The position numbers and the translations under genes were made by a program. A stretch of DNA of 48,689 nucleotides from a virus, in the IMG/VR virus record IMGVR_UViG_3300045988_074363. One strand, 5' to 3'. The notes under the pieces are model-generated. The model had not been told where the DNA came from. It was given only the letters and a program-made list of their open reading frames with translations, and made no database searches. Shown piece after piece: positions 7,378 through 15,101 of the stretch. How positions within the stretch are numbered: position 1 is the stretch's first letter; each line of letters begins with the position of its first letter.

Positions 7378-8457
7378 TTATTCGTAAAAAGCGGAACGGC
7401 CCCCGACGGAGCCGTTGGCATTGGAGCGCGGGGAGCGCAGGCTGGAATAGAACACCCCGGCGCCGCCGCCACCGTCCCAGCCGCCACCGCGAAGCAGGCA
7501 CCGCTCGGCCTCGGCGTTGTTGATGTAGAAATAGTCGCCGCCGTAGGTGGCGTCAATGCCTTCACCCGTCAGCGCAGCGTCGGGCAGCATGGCAAGCGCC
7601 TGAAGCAGCAGCTTTGCCGCAGCGCCAATGCTGCTGTCGCAGGTAACATCCTTAAAACTGCAACCGTTCGCGCCGGTGGTGTGGGCAATAGTGGTGCTGT
7701 AAGTCCATTTGCCGCTGATAAAGTCCAGCTTCACGGTGCCCTGCGTGGTGCCGTTGCCGTCCGGGGCCACCAGCTCGCCGGTGGCGGCGGAAATGGCTTT
7801 CCACGCAGCGCTGCTTGCGCTCATGTCACAGGTGGGCGCGGCGGCGTTGTTGTCTGCGATCACCTGCACCTCGCCTTTCACAAGGCGCAGTCCGGCGCAC
7901 CACTCCCACACATTGCCGTTCAAATCCCAAATGCCCTCCAAGGTGCCGTCATGGCTCCAAGTAACGGGGCCGGTGCCGGTGGCAACGCGCCCGGTCTTGT
8001 CATTGTCCTTGCCGGTGGGGATTGCGCGGTACAGGCTTTCGCGGGTGTCCTTGCCGTAGTTGTTGTTGCCGTAGGGTTCCTTGCCCGCCTTGTGGCACCA
8101 CAGGGCAATAGCTGCCCACTCGGCGCAGGTGATCTCGTGGAACTTTCCGCCCTTGGCGCGGTTGTAGCTCACAAAGGTATCAAGGCCCGCCGTGTTAGCC
8201 GGGTTCTCGCCGGGCAGGCTATACGCTCTGCCGTTGTAGTGGCTGGTCTGATACTTCCCAACCCAAAAGCCGTCGATCTCCACGCCGTTCACCCTGAACG
8301 CGGGGTGTACGCTGGTGTCGGCGGTAGAAAGTACATCACACAGGCGGAATTTCGGGATGAACACCATAATGCTCGGCATTTCCTTGTCGTCGTACTTCAT
8401 GGCGTTGTTGGGGCAAACGCTTTTCAGGGCCAGTTCAGCCATATCAAAATTAGCCAT
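7378..8457 (-). CDS. DGR target protein 1 (FGE-sulfatase / C-type-lectin fold). Likely the receptor-binding tail fibre tip.
   Basis: ATG at 8455-8457 with AAGGAGGA RBS. Contains WDLNGNVWEW (FGE/CLec hallmark). The C-terminal 39 codons are VR1. It is the last gene of the tail-fibre region. Confidence 0.9.
   Translation of the reverse strand: MANFDMAELALKSVCPNNAMKYDDKEMPSIMVFIPKFRLCDVLSTADTSVHPAFRVNGVEIDGFWVGKYQTSHYNGRAYSLPGENPANTAGLDTFVSYNRAKGGKFHEITCAEWAAIALWCHKAGKEPYGNNNYGKDTRESLYRAIPTGKDNDKTGRVATGTGPVTWSHDGTLEGIWDLNGNVWEWCAGLRLVKGEVQVIADNNAAAPTCDMSASSAAWKAISAATGELVAPDGNGTTQGTVKLDFISGKWTYSTTIAHTTGANGCSFKDVTCDSSIGAAAKLLLQALAMLPDAALTGEGIDATYGGDYFYINNAEAERCLLRGGGWDGGGGAGVFYSSLRSPRSNANGSVGGRSAFYE
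7387..7504 (-). repeat. DGR variable region 1 (VR1)
   Basis: Manual alignment to the TR gives 17 substitutions (18 with a boundary base). All are at TR coding-strand adenines. It sits at the extreme 3-prime end of the target CDS. Confidence 0.9.
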
Positions 8458-8474
8458 AGGTTCGTCCTCCTTTA

Positions 8475-8852
8475 TCAGTGAATCATAATGCCATCAATGG
8501 CAAACAGGTACAGGGTCACAGCCTCGGTGTCCAGCGGCTCCGGGGTGCGGATCACGGTTTCGCGGTTCATGCCCTCGGTGCTTTCGCCGCCCTCGGTCTG
8601 CGCGTCGTTTTCCTGTGCCGGAGTTACGGTTTCGGTGTACTTCCGCGCGGGGATTTCCACCTGCGCCGCGTAGTACAGGCCGCGCCCGGTGGTCAAATAG
8701 CCCTCGCTGTCCACCATAATGTCGCGGGTCACGGGGTCGTCCTGCTGGTAGCGGGCAAGGTCAAGGGTCAGCGCACCGTCCGCAAAGTCCAGCTTTGTGC
8801 CTGTCAGGTTGTAGTTGATCTTCTTGCCCTCGTTTTTCTCGATGATCTTCAT
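8475..8852 (-). CDS. Hypothetical protein (tail fibre region)
   Basis: ATG at 8852. Tightly packed within the operon. No motif recognised. Confidence 0.7.
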   Translation of the reverse strand: MKIIEKNEGKKINYNLTGTKLDFADGALTLDLARYQQDDPVTRDIMVDSEGYLTTGRGLYYAAQVEIPARKYTETVTPAQENDAQTEGGESTEGMNRETVIRTPEPLDTEAVTLYLFAIDGIMIH

Positions 8853-8865
8853 GCTCTTATCCTCC

Positions 8866-9318
8866 TTACTCGGTGGGTGCCGGGTCGGTCATGCCGCCCG
8901 TCACTCTGATCTGCACTTTCACGGTGGTGGCGCTGCCGTCATGTACCAGCTTAAAGCCGTTGCGGGCACGGTCAGTCACCCGGATATTGCCCAGCCTGCC
9001 GCCGCTGTATGCCAGCACTGTTACCTCCACGCCGTAATTGGTGCTTTCGCGCAGCTGCGCAAGGGCAATGGTGGTGGGCGTGTTGTTAAACGGCCACTTG
9101 CTGCCGGTCTGCGCCAGCGTGGCCGTGTGCATCTCGTCGGCGTAGTTGTAACCGTCCTGCACCGCCTTAAACTGCATAATTGCCCCGGCAAGGGTCATGT
9201 CGGAAATGCCCAGCTCCATATTGTTAAAATGCTGCTGGTCAAGCAAGGTGCCCTGCTGGATAACCTCGCCGCTCTGGTCAGTTACATGGTCTTTCCAATA
9301 ACTGCGGTCATAAGCCAT
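8866..9318 (-). CDS. Hypothetical tail-fibre-region protein
   Basis: ATG at 9318 behind GAGAGGAGGA. The N-terminus (DRSYWKDHVTD...GTLLDQQHFNNMELGI) resembles conserved N-termini of Firmicute phage fibre or knob proteins. That functional call is tentative. Confidence 0.65.
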   Translation of the reverse strand: MAYDRSYWKDHVTDQSGEVIQQGTLLDQQHFNNMELGISDMTLAGAIMQFKAVQDGYNYADEMHTATLAQTGSKWPFNNTPTTIALAQLRESTNYGVEVTVLAYSGGRLGNIRVTDRARNGFKLVHDGSATTVKVQIRVTGGMTDPAPTE

Positions 9319-9337
9319 GGGTTTGTCCTCCTCTCTT

Positions 9338-9649
9338 TTACTCCTCGGTTTCAATCAGCGGGAATGTAAAGCGCAGCAGCGCCACATTCAGGCTGGTGCG
9401 TTTCAGGCTGATACTCTGCTGTCCGGCCAGTGCGCCGTTGATGTCGTACACCCTTACGCCCGTGATCGTGTCGGCCTGCCCAAAATTCGGTACATTCACA
9501 AACACGACCACATTCGTGCCGATGATTTCCTTGCTGTTAACGGTGCCGGTCTGCCATGCCCCGCCGTTCAACTGGTATTGGAACCTGTCAACGCTGCGCA
9601 GCAGTTCTTCCCGCCGGTCATTCAGGAATTTGTCGGTAAAAAACGCCAT
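9338..9649 (-). CDS. Hypothetical protein (103 aa)
   Basis: ATG at 9649 with AAAGGAGGAAAA RBS. In-operon position. Confidence 0.7.
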   Translation of the reverse strand: MAFFTDKFLNDRREELLRSVDRFQYQLNGGAWQTGTVNSKEIIGTNVVVFVNVPNFGQADTITGVRVYDINGALAGQQSISLKRTSLNVALLRFTFPLIETEE

Positions 9650-9676
9650 GCTCGGTTTTCCTCCTTTCCCGGTTGT

Positions 9677-9859
9677 TTATGGCATCGTACCGCAGCGGTC
9701 TTGCCCGCTGGCGGACGGTACGGCTGTAAATGCTTCGGCGGCCTCCACGCCGCCCTTGCTCCCGTGCAGCTCTGCACGGATAGAATAGCCCGCCGTTCCT
9801 TGGTACATAAACAGCGGGTTTTGCTTTCCGTACTGGCCGTTAGCCTTTTCAGTTTCCAT
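9677..9859 (-). CDS. Hypothetical small protein (60 aa)
   Basis: ATG at 9859 behind GGAGGAGG, overlapping the gpI stop. The longer ORF-track version (to 9925) would overlap gpI extensively. Confidence 0.4.
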   Translation of the reverse strand: METEKANGQYGKQNPLFMYQGTAGYSIRAELHGSKGGVEAAEAFTAVPSASGQDRCGTMP

Positions 9860-10667
9860 GCTGTGCCTCCTCCGGCAATGTGCCTGCAAATTCAGGGCTT
9901 GCGGTGTAGCCGGTTGCAACTCCACCGCTCCGCAGCGCCCCGCAAACTGAATAGCCCACCGTCGCCGGAACGGGCAGTGTGCCGGTAAACTCCGGGCTTA
10001 CAGCAAACGCTCCCGGCTGGCCGCCTGTCAACAGCGCATGGTGTGCCGTATAACCCAAAGTGGCAGGCATCCACCACACGCCGCAGTAGATCGTGCCGCA
10101 CTCCGGCACGGTGTATGCCCACTTGTCCACCCTGCACCCGGTAGCCAGCGTGTGGCGCACCATGTAGCTAAGGCTTTCAAGGTGGGCGCTCCACCGTTTT
10201 GCGGTAATAAGGCGGCGCTCCATTTCCGCCGGGCTGTAAATAATGGCCGGGTGTTCCTCCGTTGTGTCTGTCACATTGATATACAGGCGGAAAGTGCCCG
10301 GCTGCCCGCCGTACTCGAACCATTCTTCCAGCATAGTGCCGGGGTAAATGGCGTCGGCTTGCAGCTTTACCGCGCCCACAGTGCCCATTAGGCGGCGCAC
10401 CGTCAGGGCCGTCTTGATAATGCGGCGCTTTTGCTCTACGCTGTACCCGGTATCGTACCAGTCCACTTTCCAGTTGATCGCCAGCGCGTCAAGCACGGGT
10501 TCGGTGGCGGTGTCAAGGCTTGTGTAAATTTGGCTGTCGTCGATATAGCGCAGCGTTCTTTCGTGCAGCACACCCACTGCCTCGCTAAGCGCCCGCACCC
10601 AGTCCTGCCCGGCAACCACGCGGGGCACGGCGTCCACAAGGCGGGCGTCCCGCAGGTCTTTAATCAT
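9849..10667 (-). CDS. Baseplate/tail protein, P2 gpI-like
   Basis: The N-terminal 130 aa (DAVPRVVAGQDWVRALSEAV...DALAINWKVDWYD...KRRIIKTALTVRRLMGT) match the tail protein I family. Follows the J-like gene. Confidence 0.8.
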   Translation of the reverse strand: MIKDLRDARLVDAVPRVVAGQDWVRALSEAVGVLHERTLRYIDDSQIYTSLDTATEPVLDALAINWKVDWYDTGYSVEQKRRIIKTALTVRRLMGTVGAVKLQADAIYPGTMLEEWFEYGGQPGTFRLYINVTDTTEEHPAIIYSPAEMERRLITAKRWSAHLESLSYMVRHTLATGCRVDKWAYTVPECGTIYCGVWWMPATLGYTAHHALLTGGQPGAFAVSPEFTGTLPVPATVGYSVCGALRSGGVATGYTASPEFAGTLPEEAQHGN

Positions 10668-11814
10668 CTTCCAGCCCTCCGTATGTCACGGTCTGCCCGG
10701 TGCATTTCGGCAGTTGCGTTTTGCCTACCACAATATCCGCCGGGGCGGTCAGCTTCACACGCTTGGCCCCTGCCTCGCGGATTTTGGCGATCAGCTCCGT
10801 GGGGTTAATATCTCGCCCAAGGTGCCGCTGCCAGCTTTGGTAGCTCTGCACCGCCGCCGTCACCTTTTCCTGTATGGTTCCGGCGCTGCGCTGGTCGCCG
10901 TCGCCAATCCAGTAGGTAAACGCTATGTTGTAGGGCACCTCCTCCGGCTCCACGCACACCACCTTGTCGCACAGCGGGCGCAGGTTCTCGCCACTGATAT
11001 ATTCGGTCAGCTCCTCCCGCTCCGTGGCGTTCGGCAGCCGCCCGCCCTCCATCACAAAGTAAATGGCAATCACGCACGGCTCCGGGCTGGTGATCTGCAC
11101 ATCCGTCACATCACTGCGCCATTCCCGCACATGGTATTCGTAGGCGTCGCGCGGCCCGGCGCAGCTAAACCGGCTCGGTGCCAAATAGGCCCGCTCGGTC
11201 AGGCTGTCGTCGTCCTCCACATCAAGGCCGCCGGTGCTTTCGTCCACATTGCTCACACTGGCTATGTACGGGATGGGGTCAACAAGGATGTTGATTTCCC
11301 CGGCCAGTATGCCGCTGCTCTCCGCTCCGGCCTCCTCCGCCTGCACGATGGTGTCCACATAGGTTGCGCCGGGCGGTATCTCCGCATAGTCCAGCGTATT
11401 AAAATACCGCCCGCCCTGCGTTTTCACCCGCGTACCGGCGGGCACCGCCACGGTGTCGGCTCGTGCCTCTGCCAGCAAAAAGCGTTCCTTGGCCGTGGCC
11501 TTTTTGCTTTCCTGCCGTGTCAGCCCCAGCAACGCAACCAGCGCGTCCAGCGCCTCGCCGGTGCTGGTTTTCAAAAGCTCTGCCTGTCCCTTAATGTCTG
11601 CGTACTGCATGGTTTGGTATTCGATCAGGGCAAACGCTTTCAGCAGCAGGGCCTTGGCGTCGGCCTCCCCAAGCACCAGCTCCTTGCCGGTCTGCTCCCG
11701 GTAAATCCGGGCGTACTCGGCCTTTAACTGCTCCTCGGTTTCCTGCAAAGTCATGTTCTCGATAAAACTGATCTGTGGCACATTCGCCAGTTCACTGATA
11801 TTAGACAAGATCAA
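10660..11814 (-). CDS. Baseplate J-like protein
   Basis: 384 aa. Position is W-J-I. Family-typical length and conserved central region. TTG start at 11814. Confidence 0.85.
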   Translation of the reverse strand: MILSNISELANVPQISFIENMTLQETEEQLKAEYARIYREQTGKELVLGEADAKALLLKAFALIEYQTMQYADIKGQAELLKTSTGEALDALVALLGLTRQESKKATAKERFLLAEARADTVAVPAGTRVKTQGGRYFNTLDYAEIPPGATYVDTIVQAEEAGAESSGILAGEINILVDPIPYIASVSNVDESTGGLDVEDDDSLTERAYLAPSRFSCAGPRDAYEYHVREWRSDVTDVQITSPEPCVIAIYFVMEGGRLPNATEREELTEYISGENLRPLCDKVVCVEPEEVPYNIAFTYWIGDGDQRSAGTIQEKVTAAVQSYQSWQRHLGRDINPTELIAKIREAGAKRVKLTAPADIVVGKTQLPKCTGQTVTYGGLEDD

Positions 11815-12115
11815 TCACCACCTTTGGGGTCATGTTGCCGTCGTGGGCTTTGCTGTCCGTCCATTCAACGCGCACCACCCGCGCCCTCGGCTCATACATC
11901 TTGGTTTTGCGCACATACTCCGCCGCAAGCAGCGCTTGGGCGCTCTCCTGCGGGTAGTCGGTTGTGTTTATGTCAATGCCAAAATCCCGGTCTAAAGCCT
12001 GCTCCCCGGTGTGGGTGCCATACAGCACCTGCAGGTTGCGGTAAACCTCCTGCGCTTCGCTGTCGTCCACCGTACCGGCGGCAATCTCAATAACCGGGCT
12101 GTCTGCCAAAATCAC
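11801..12115 (-). CDS. Baseplate wedge protein, gpW/gp25-like
   Basis: GTG at 12115 with AAGGAGGG RBS. 104 aa. GPW_gp25-like features (RDFGIDINT...EPRARVVRVEW). Confidence 0.8.
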   Translation of the reverse strand: MILADSPVIEIAAGTVDDSEAQEVYRNLQVLYGTHTGEQALDRDFGIDINTTDYPQESAQALLAAEYVRKTKMYEPRARVVRVEWTDSKAHDGNMTPKVVIDLV

Positions 12116-12127
12116 ACCCAGCCCTCC

Positions 12128-12520
12128 TTACAGGTATTCTTCAATGGTCAGGCTCACTTTACATTCCACCAGCACACCGCCTTGCAGCACGGCGTCCCAT
12201 GTTTCGCTTATGTCCGTGATCTTGAACGGGTAGGGCGAAAGTGGAACCCCGCCCACCACAAACCAGTCCACGGCGCTGCTCTCCGCCATACGCTGGAAAT
12301 AATCAAGCGTACTGCGCGGGGGCACACCGTCCTGCGCCCGCAGTAAAAGGTCGAATGTATAGCTTTTCAGTTTCGGGCCTACCCACTCGCTGCGGGCCTT
12401 GCCGCCCACGACTTCGTGTGTTGCCCAGTCGCTTCCCGTGCTGCCTTTCAGGTTGCTTGGGGTAAAAATCTTTGTGTGGCTCACGGTGAACACGCGGCCC
12501 ATAAAACTGCCTATTGCCAT
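12128..12520 (-). CDS. Phage tail protein, P2 GpU-like (tentative)
   Basis: 130 aa, ATG at 12520. The pattern FTVS...W..HEVVGGKARSEWVGPKLKSYTFDLLL...PL.PYPFKITDISE resembles the GpU family. Confidence 0.6.
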   Translation of the reverse strand: MAIGSFMGRVFTVSHTKIFTPSNLKGSTGSDWATHEVVGGKARSEWVGPKLKSYTFDLLLRAQDGVPPRSTLDYFQRMAESSAVDWFVVGGVPLSPYPFKITDISETWDAVLQGGVLVECKVSLTIEEYL

Positions 12521-12531
12521 CTGGCACCTCC

Positions 12532-13494
12532 TTACGGTAACGGCTGGCTGCTCTCGCTGCCCGGCGCGGCGCTGGTGTGCTTGTGCTGCACAAGGCTGAT
12601 ACTCTGCACTTTCACATCACCGCTGGCACCCTCGGCGTTCAAGACCGGCGCACTCACTTCAACCTTGGTCGGGCTGGTAATGCTTATGTCGCCGCCCGCG
12701 CTTATCGTAATGCTGGCCCCGTTTATGCTAAGGGTCACATCCCCGGTCACATTGCGGGTCACGGTGCCCGTTATGGTCTGCTTTACATCCCCGGTCACGG
12801 TTTGTTCCAAGTTGCCCGTCAGGGTCTGCTTTACATCCCCGGTCACTTCCTGCTCCACATCGTCAAGGTATTCTTGCTTCGTGGTGCCCTTGCGCTTTTC
12901 CTCGCTGTCGCCGCCAATATTAAACTTGAAGTCGCCGCCCGCCGATATGCTCATAGCGCCGGTGGCCTCCAAACTCATAAAGGTGCCCGCTTCAATGGCT
13001 ACGGTGGTTCCGGCTACAATGCCCATGCCCGTTTTGGCCTGTATGCTAGCGCTGGCACCGCTGCTTTTTAGCTGCAGCTGCCCGCCCGCAATCACGCTTA
13101 CCGGGCCTTTTGCCTCGTCGAAAATTTCACCGTTGCAGGTGCGCCCGGTGCGCTTGTCCACATACTGCGTGTACACGCCTGTGTTCTCGTCGTACCGGCT
13201 GTACGCCTGCCCCTTGCGGCTGGTGCCGTATTCCTTGCGGTACAGGCCCTTGTATCCCTCCGCCGGTTTGTTGGTTTTGTTCCAAACCGTGCCGGTGGTG
13301 GTGCCCGCCGCCGTGCCGTTGCTGTTGTGGGCAACACTCACGACCTGCCCCACGCAGGGCATTTTGTATTCGCCGTTGCTCATGGCGTTTATCTGCCGGG
13401 TCACGCTCTTGCCCCGGTCAAAGTAGGTCACTTCGTAAGTTCCGGCCTCGTAGTCAATGGCACTCACGCGCCCGGTTCTGTTGGTGCTTGCCAA
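12532..13494 (-). CDS. Baseplate spike/hub protein, gpV-like, with beta-helical repeats
   Basis: TTG at 13494 behind GAGGAGG. N-terminal OB-like region (GRVSAIDYEAGTYEVTY), then repeats VTGDVKQTLTGNLEQTVTGDVKQTITGTVTRNVTGDVTL. C-terminal apex (HKHTS). Confidence 0.8.
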   Translation of the reverse strand: MASTNRTGRVSAIDYEAGTYEVTYFDRGKSVTRQINAMSNGEYKMPCVGQVVSVAHNSNGTAAGTTTGTVWNKTNKPAEGYKGLYRKEYGTSRKGQAYSRYDENTGVYTQYVDKRTGRTCNGEIFDEAKGPVSVIAGGQLQLKSSGASASIQAKTGMGIVAGTTVAIEAGTFMSLEATGAMSISAGGDFKFNIGGDSEEKRKGTTKQEYLDDVEQEVTGDVKQTLTGNLEQTVTGDVKQTITGTVTRNVTGDVTLSINGASITISAGGDISITSPTKVEVSAPVLNAEGASGDVKVQSISLVQHKHTSAAPGSESSQPLP

Positions 13495-13506
13495 TGCTGC
13501 GCCTCC

Positions 13507-14883
13507 TCACTTCGTCGTAATCCCGCCGCCGTTGCAATAGCTGGCTGGCACCCAGCCGGTAACATTCTTGCCCACGGGCAGCTTGCCGCACCTTGCGGCG
13601 GTGTTGGTAATGCGGTATCGGTTATTCACCAAAATACCGTCATAGAAATAGAATGTGCCGCTCTTGTAGCAGCTCGGCTTCGGTGCAACGCTTGTGTAAT
13701 AGAACGGTGCCTTGGTCAGCGTCACCGCCGCTCCCGCCGTTGCGCCCGCCGCCGCGCTGGCCGCATTGGCCGCCGGGCTGGTGGTTTCGTAGGCGCTGTT
13801 GTAGCTTTCGCTGCTGCTGTCCTCGCTTTGGTGGTATTCGATATGTCCGCCCACATCCCAGTAATGGAACGGGTCAAAAATACCGCTGCACTCAAAGCTG
13901 GTCACAAAACCGCCGCTCTTGGTGTACTTGTGCGTCACCTTGTCCACAAAGTATTTGCCGTTGATTCCTCCGTTCAGGCCGTCCCCGTACCCAGTCAGGC
14001 GCAGGTTGTTTCCGGCGCTCACGCCCCAGTTGCCCATAACGGAAAATTTCAGCTTCACCCTGCCGTGGTTGGCATTGTTGATCTCGGCGCAAAGCTGTAC
14101 GCTTGCGTCAAAAACGCTGGTGGCGCGGCGGTTCACATTCTTGGTGTGGTTGCCGCCGCCTACGCTGCACACAATGTCCAAATCCTTGTCGGCATCGGTG
14201 TAGGTAAAATACCCGCCTGTATAGGTGCCGGACAGGGTCGTGTTGTAACTCAAGCTGCCGGGTATAATGTTCGTGCGGTCAAAGTCCTGCACGGCTCGTT
14301 TTCCCTTGTAGCGCTCCCGGTCATATACCCACAGCCGCTTTGCGTACACTTTTAAGATCAGACCGTAGTTTTTGCAAAGGGTGTTGTAGTAGCTGCTGTC
14401 GGTGCCGTCCTGTTCGTCGCACTCTATGTCGTAATCGTCTGCGTCATAGGTGAACCCCAGCCCGTACCGCCCGGCAATGCTTTCCCCAATTCGCTTTATG
14501 GAGGTGTTCTTCCAAATGGTTTCCCGCTCCAACTCGCTAAAATCGGTGTCGCTCGGCTTGCTCACGCCGCCCACCTGTAAAGTGGTCGGCGCGTCTTGGT
14601 AGGCTACATCGTCAAGGATAAATAGCCCGCACTCCATCACATGGGTGTCACCGGGGCCGTTCCAATCCCGCCCGATAATGCGCGGGCGCAGCGTCGCGCC
14701 CTCCTCCGGCAGCCAGCCGTGCAGCCATTTACTGTCCTGTGCGTCCAGCGTAATGTCTATGCTGTCGCTGTCGTCGGCGGCATTGTCAACATAGGTCAGG
14801 CTCTCGATCTCCGCGCCTACCTGCCCGGCAAAGGGGGCATTGTTGTAGGTTACATCCAATTCAACCCGTCTGCCGTTATTCAT
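13507..14883 (-). CDS. Tail/baseplate hub protein, P2 gpD (late control D)-like
   Basis: ATG at 14883 overlapping the gpX stop. 458 aa. Gene order is X-D-V. There is a C-terminal extra domain of about 70 aa (FYYTSVAPKPSCYKSGTFYFYDGILVNNRYRI...). Confidence 0.8.
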   Translation of the reverse strand: MNNGRRVELDVTYNNAPFAGQVGAEIESLTYVDNAADDSDSIDITLDAQDSKWLHGWLPEEGATLRPRIIGRDWNGPGDTHVMECGLFILDDVAYQDAPTTLQVGGVSKPSDTDFSELERETIWKNTSIKRIGESIAGRYGLGFTYDADDYDIECDEQDGTDSSYYNTLCKNYGLILKVYAKRLWVYDRERYKGKRAVQDFDRTNIIPGSLSYNTTLSGTYTGGYFTYTDADKDLDIVCSVGGGNHTKNVNRRATSVFDASVQLCAEINNANHGRVKLKFSVMGNWGVSAGNNLRLTGYGDGLNGGINGKYFVDKVTHKYTKSGGFVTSFECSGIFDPFHYWDVGGHIEYHQSEDSSSESYNSAYETTSPAANAASAAAGATAGAAVTLTKAPFYYTSVAPKPSCYKSGTFYFYDGILVNNRYRITNTAARCGKLPVGKNVTGWVPASYCNGGGITTK

Positions 14884-15088
14884 AGCTTGCCTCGTACTTC
14901 CACGGTGGCAGCAGTCCGTCGCGCTCCTCCTCCAAAACCGGGGTGGCAAGCACCACCCCGGCCTCAAAAAGGAAAGTGTCGATCTGCTGCGGGTTGGCCG
15001 CCATCAGAATGTCCGCATGGTATTCACTGCCGTACACCTGCTTTGCAATCACATCCCAAGTGTCACCGCTCTTTGTTGTGTATGCCAT
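14876..15088 (-). CDS. Tail protein X-like (LysM-like fold)
   Basis: 70 aa. YTTKSGDTWDVIAKQVYGSEYHADILMAANP matches the Phage_tail_X pattern. Sits between the tape measure and the D-like gene. Confidence 0.8.
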   Translation of the reverse strand: MAYTTKSGDTWDVIAKQVYGSEYHADILMAANPQQIDTFLFEAGVVLATPVLEEERDGLLPPWKYEASYE

Positions 15089-15101
15089 ATCGTTTCTCCT
15101 G

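Noticed and set aside
9677-9925. The longer 82-aa version of the small ORF downstream of the gpI-like gene.
   Set aside because: It would overlap the gpI-like gene by 77 nt. The internal ATG at 9859 has a perfect GGAGGAGG RBS, so the shorter form was reported, still at low confidence.
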